Assembly: GCA_016839815.1 (NCBI GenBank)
Contig: JAEOTM010000174.1
Coordinates: 1 to 25,674, forward strand
DNA: 25,674 nt
Direction: 5' to 3'
Source of the DNA: Candidatus Hodarchaeota archaeon
GTDB taxonomy: Archaea > Asgardarchaeota > Heimdallarchaeia > Hodarchaeales > Hodarchaeaceae
Shown: positions 24,759 to 25,674 of the stretch, piece after piece
How positions within the stretch are numbered: the stretch's first letter is position 1
Layout of the letters: every line of letters begins with the position of its first letter
Position numbers and translations under genes: made by a program
The notes under the pieces: generated by a model
What the model saw: only the letters and a program-made list of their open reading frames with translations
What the model was told of the DNA's origin: nothing
The model's database searches: none

Positions 24759-25674
24759 ATGAAAAATCAGAATTACAGAAAACCAATTTTTATTATATTC
24801 AATATTGTAGGACTACTTATCATCCTATTAATTAGCTTTACGATGAGTCCATTAATTTCAGGCTCTCTACTTGAAATTGTACCAATTGGAGATGCTATAG
24901 ATGATGGATTGGGATATACATTCAAAGGAGAATCTGCATATGACTGGGCTGGAGTTTATATCTCTACAGTAGGCGATCTAAATCAAGATAATTATGATGA
25001 TTTTCTTATTAGTGCTATGAAAGGAAATGCACTTACAGGAGAAGTTTATCTCATATATGGTCGTTCTAGTGATCAATGGAATAGTATGGATTTAATGGAT
25101 GCAAATGCCTCCTTTGTGGGAGAAGAAGTGGGTTCAAGTACGGGCCAATGGCTCGCTGCCATAGGTGATGTCAATGATGATACTTATCCCGACTTTGCAA
25201 TTGCTGCTCCACGAAATAACGAATCTGGAAGTTGGGCGGGGCAAACATATTTGGTATTTGGCAGTGATAGTGCTCAATGGACGAAAGATTACTCTCTATC
25301 TCAGGTTAATGCTTCATATCTGGGAGAGGCTAGTTATGATTATTCAGGTCACGGCCTTGCTGGTGTAGGAGATATCAATAATGACGGAATTGATGACTTC
25401 ATAATCAGCGCTGAAGGATATGATGTTACACCTGACGACAACCAAGGGCAGGTCTATATCATATTTGGAACATCTACAGGTGTTTGGGAAATGGATACCT
25501 CTCTAACACAAGCCAATGCTTCCTTAATAGGTAATGAAACAGAACTCCTTCTAGGAGCAGATGTTTCAGGATTGGGTGATGTTAATGGCGATGGTATTGC
25601 AGATTTTGCCATAGGAGCATATCGAGTTGTCAATATGAAACGATATCGGTATACATATCTTGTTTTTGGTAGGG
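24759..25674 (+). CDS. Secreted or membrane-anchored FG-GAP (integrin alpha-like beta-propeller) protein, 3'-truncated by the window edge
   Basis: Open frame from ATG 24759 to the window end. N-terminal MKNQNYRKP plus hydrophobic IFIIFNIVGLLIILLISF. Four repeats with Ca-binding loops GDLNQDNYDD, GDVNDDTYPD, GDINNDGIDD, GDVNGDGIAD, each followed by Y(L/I)xxG. Confidence 0.92.
   Translation, partial: MKNQNYRKPIFIIFNIVGLLIILLISFTMSPLISGSLLEIVPIGDAIDDGLGYTFKGESAYDWAGVYISTVGDLNQDNYDDFLISAMKGNALTGEVYLIYGRSSDQWNSMDLMDANASFVGEEVGSSTGQWLAAIGDVNDDTYPDFAIAAPRNNESGSWAGQTYLVFGSDSAQWTKDYSLSQVNASYLGEASYDYSGHGLAGVGDINNDGIDDFIISAEGYDVTPDDNQGQVYIIFGTSTGVWEMDTSLTQANASLIGNETELLLGADVSGLGDVNGDGIADFAIGAYRVVNMKRYRYTYLVFGR

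Noticed and set aside
25165-25368. 67-aa ORF in the track
   Set aside because: Out-of-frame shadow inside the FG-GAP gene.
21684-25674. Possible integrated element downstream of tRNA-Ser (also checked after tRNA-Pro and tRNA-Lys)
   Set aside because: No integrase or transposase, no duplicated tRNA 3' end seen, and no obvious compositional shift.
1-25674. CRISPR array or tandem DNA repeats
   Set aside because: No regularly spaced direct repeats seen; the only periodicity is at protein level in the FG-GAP gene.

Overview
AT-rich archaeal chromosomal window made up mostly of housekeeping genes. The gene mix (archaeal information-processing genes, bacterial-type MutS1/MutL, a CdvA-like coiled coil, an FG-GAP surface protein, tRNAs with several introns) fits an Asgard, probably Heimdallarchaeia-like, genome; that assignment is inference. 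In order: tRNA-Asp and tRNA-Lys (each with a canonical intron); srp54 and trmY on the minus strand, divergent from pus10-rpl21e-rpo4; tRNA-Pro(CGG) with D-loop and T-loop introns; HD and DHH phosphoesterases; an abutting pair of CdvA-like coiled-coil and SWIM zinc-finger genes; a lone A/V-ATPase subunit A heading psd-pssA-ahcY; an operon of RNase H-fold protein, nadM, NOG1 GTPase and truA; a degenerate RadB-like paralog converging on mutS-mutL; tRNA-Leu; tRNA-Ser(CGA) with two introns; a MoxR-VWA pair; a glycerophosphodiester phosphodiesterase; and an integrin-alpha-like FG-GAP protein that runs off the window end and is absent from the ORF track. I saw no mobile element, CRISPR array or defence system. 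The best leads are the CdvA-like/SWIM pair, the orphan atpA in a lipid-headgroup operon with an upstream palindrome, the non-canonical tRNA introns, and the missing standard start of the HD gene (CTG start or CCC-TAA +1 frameshift).
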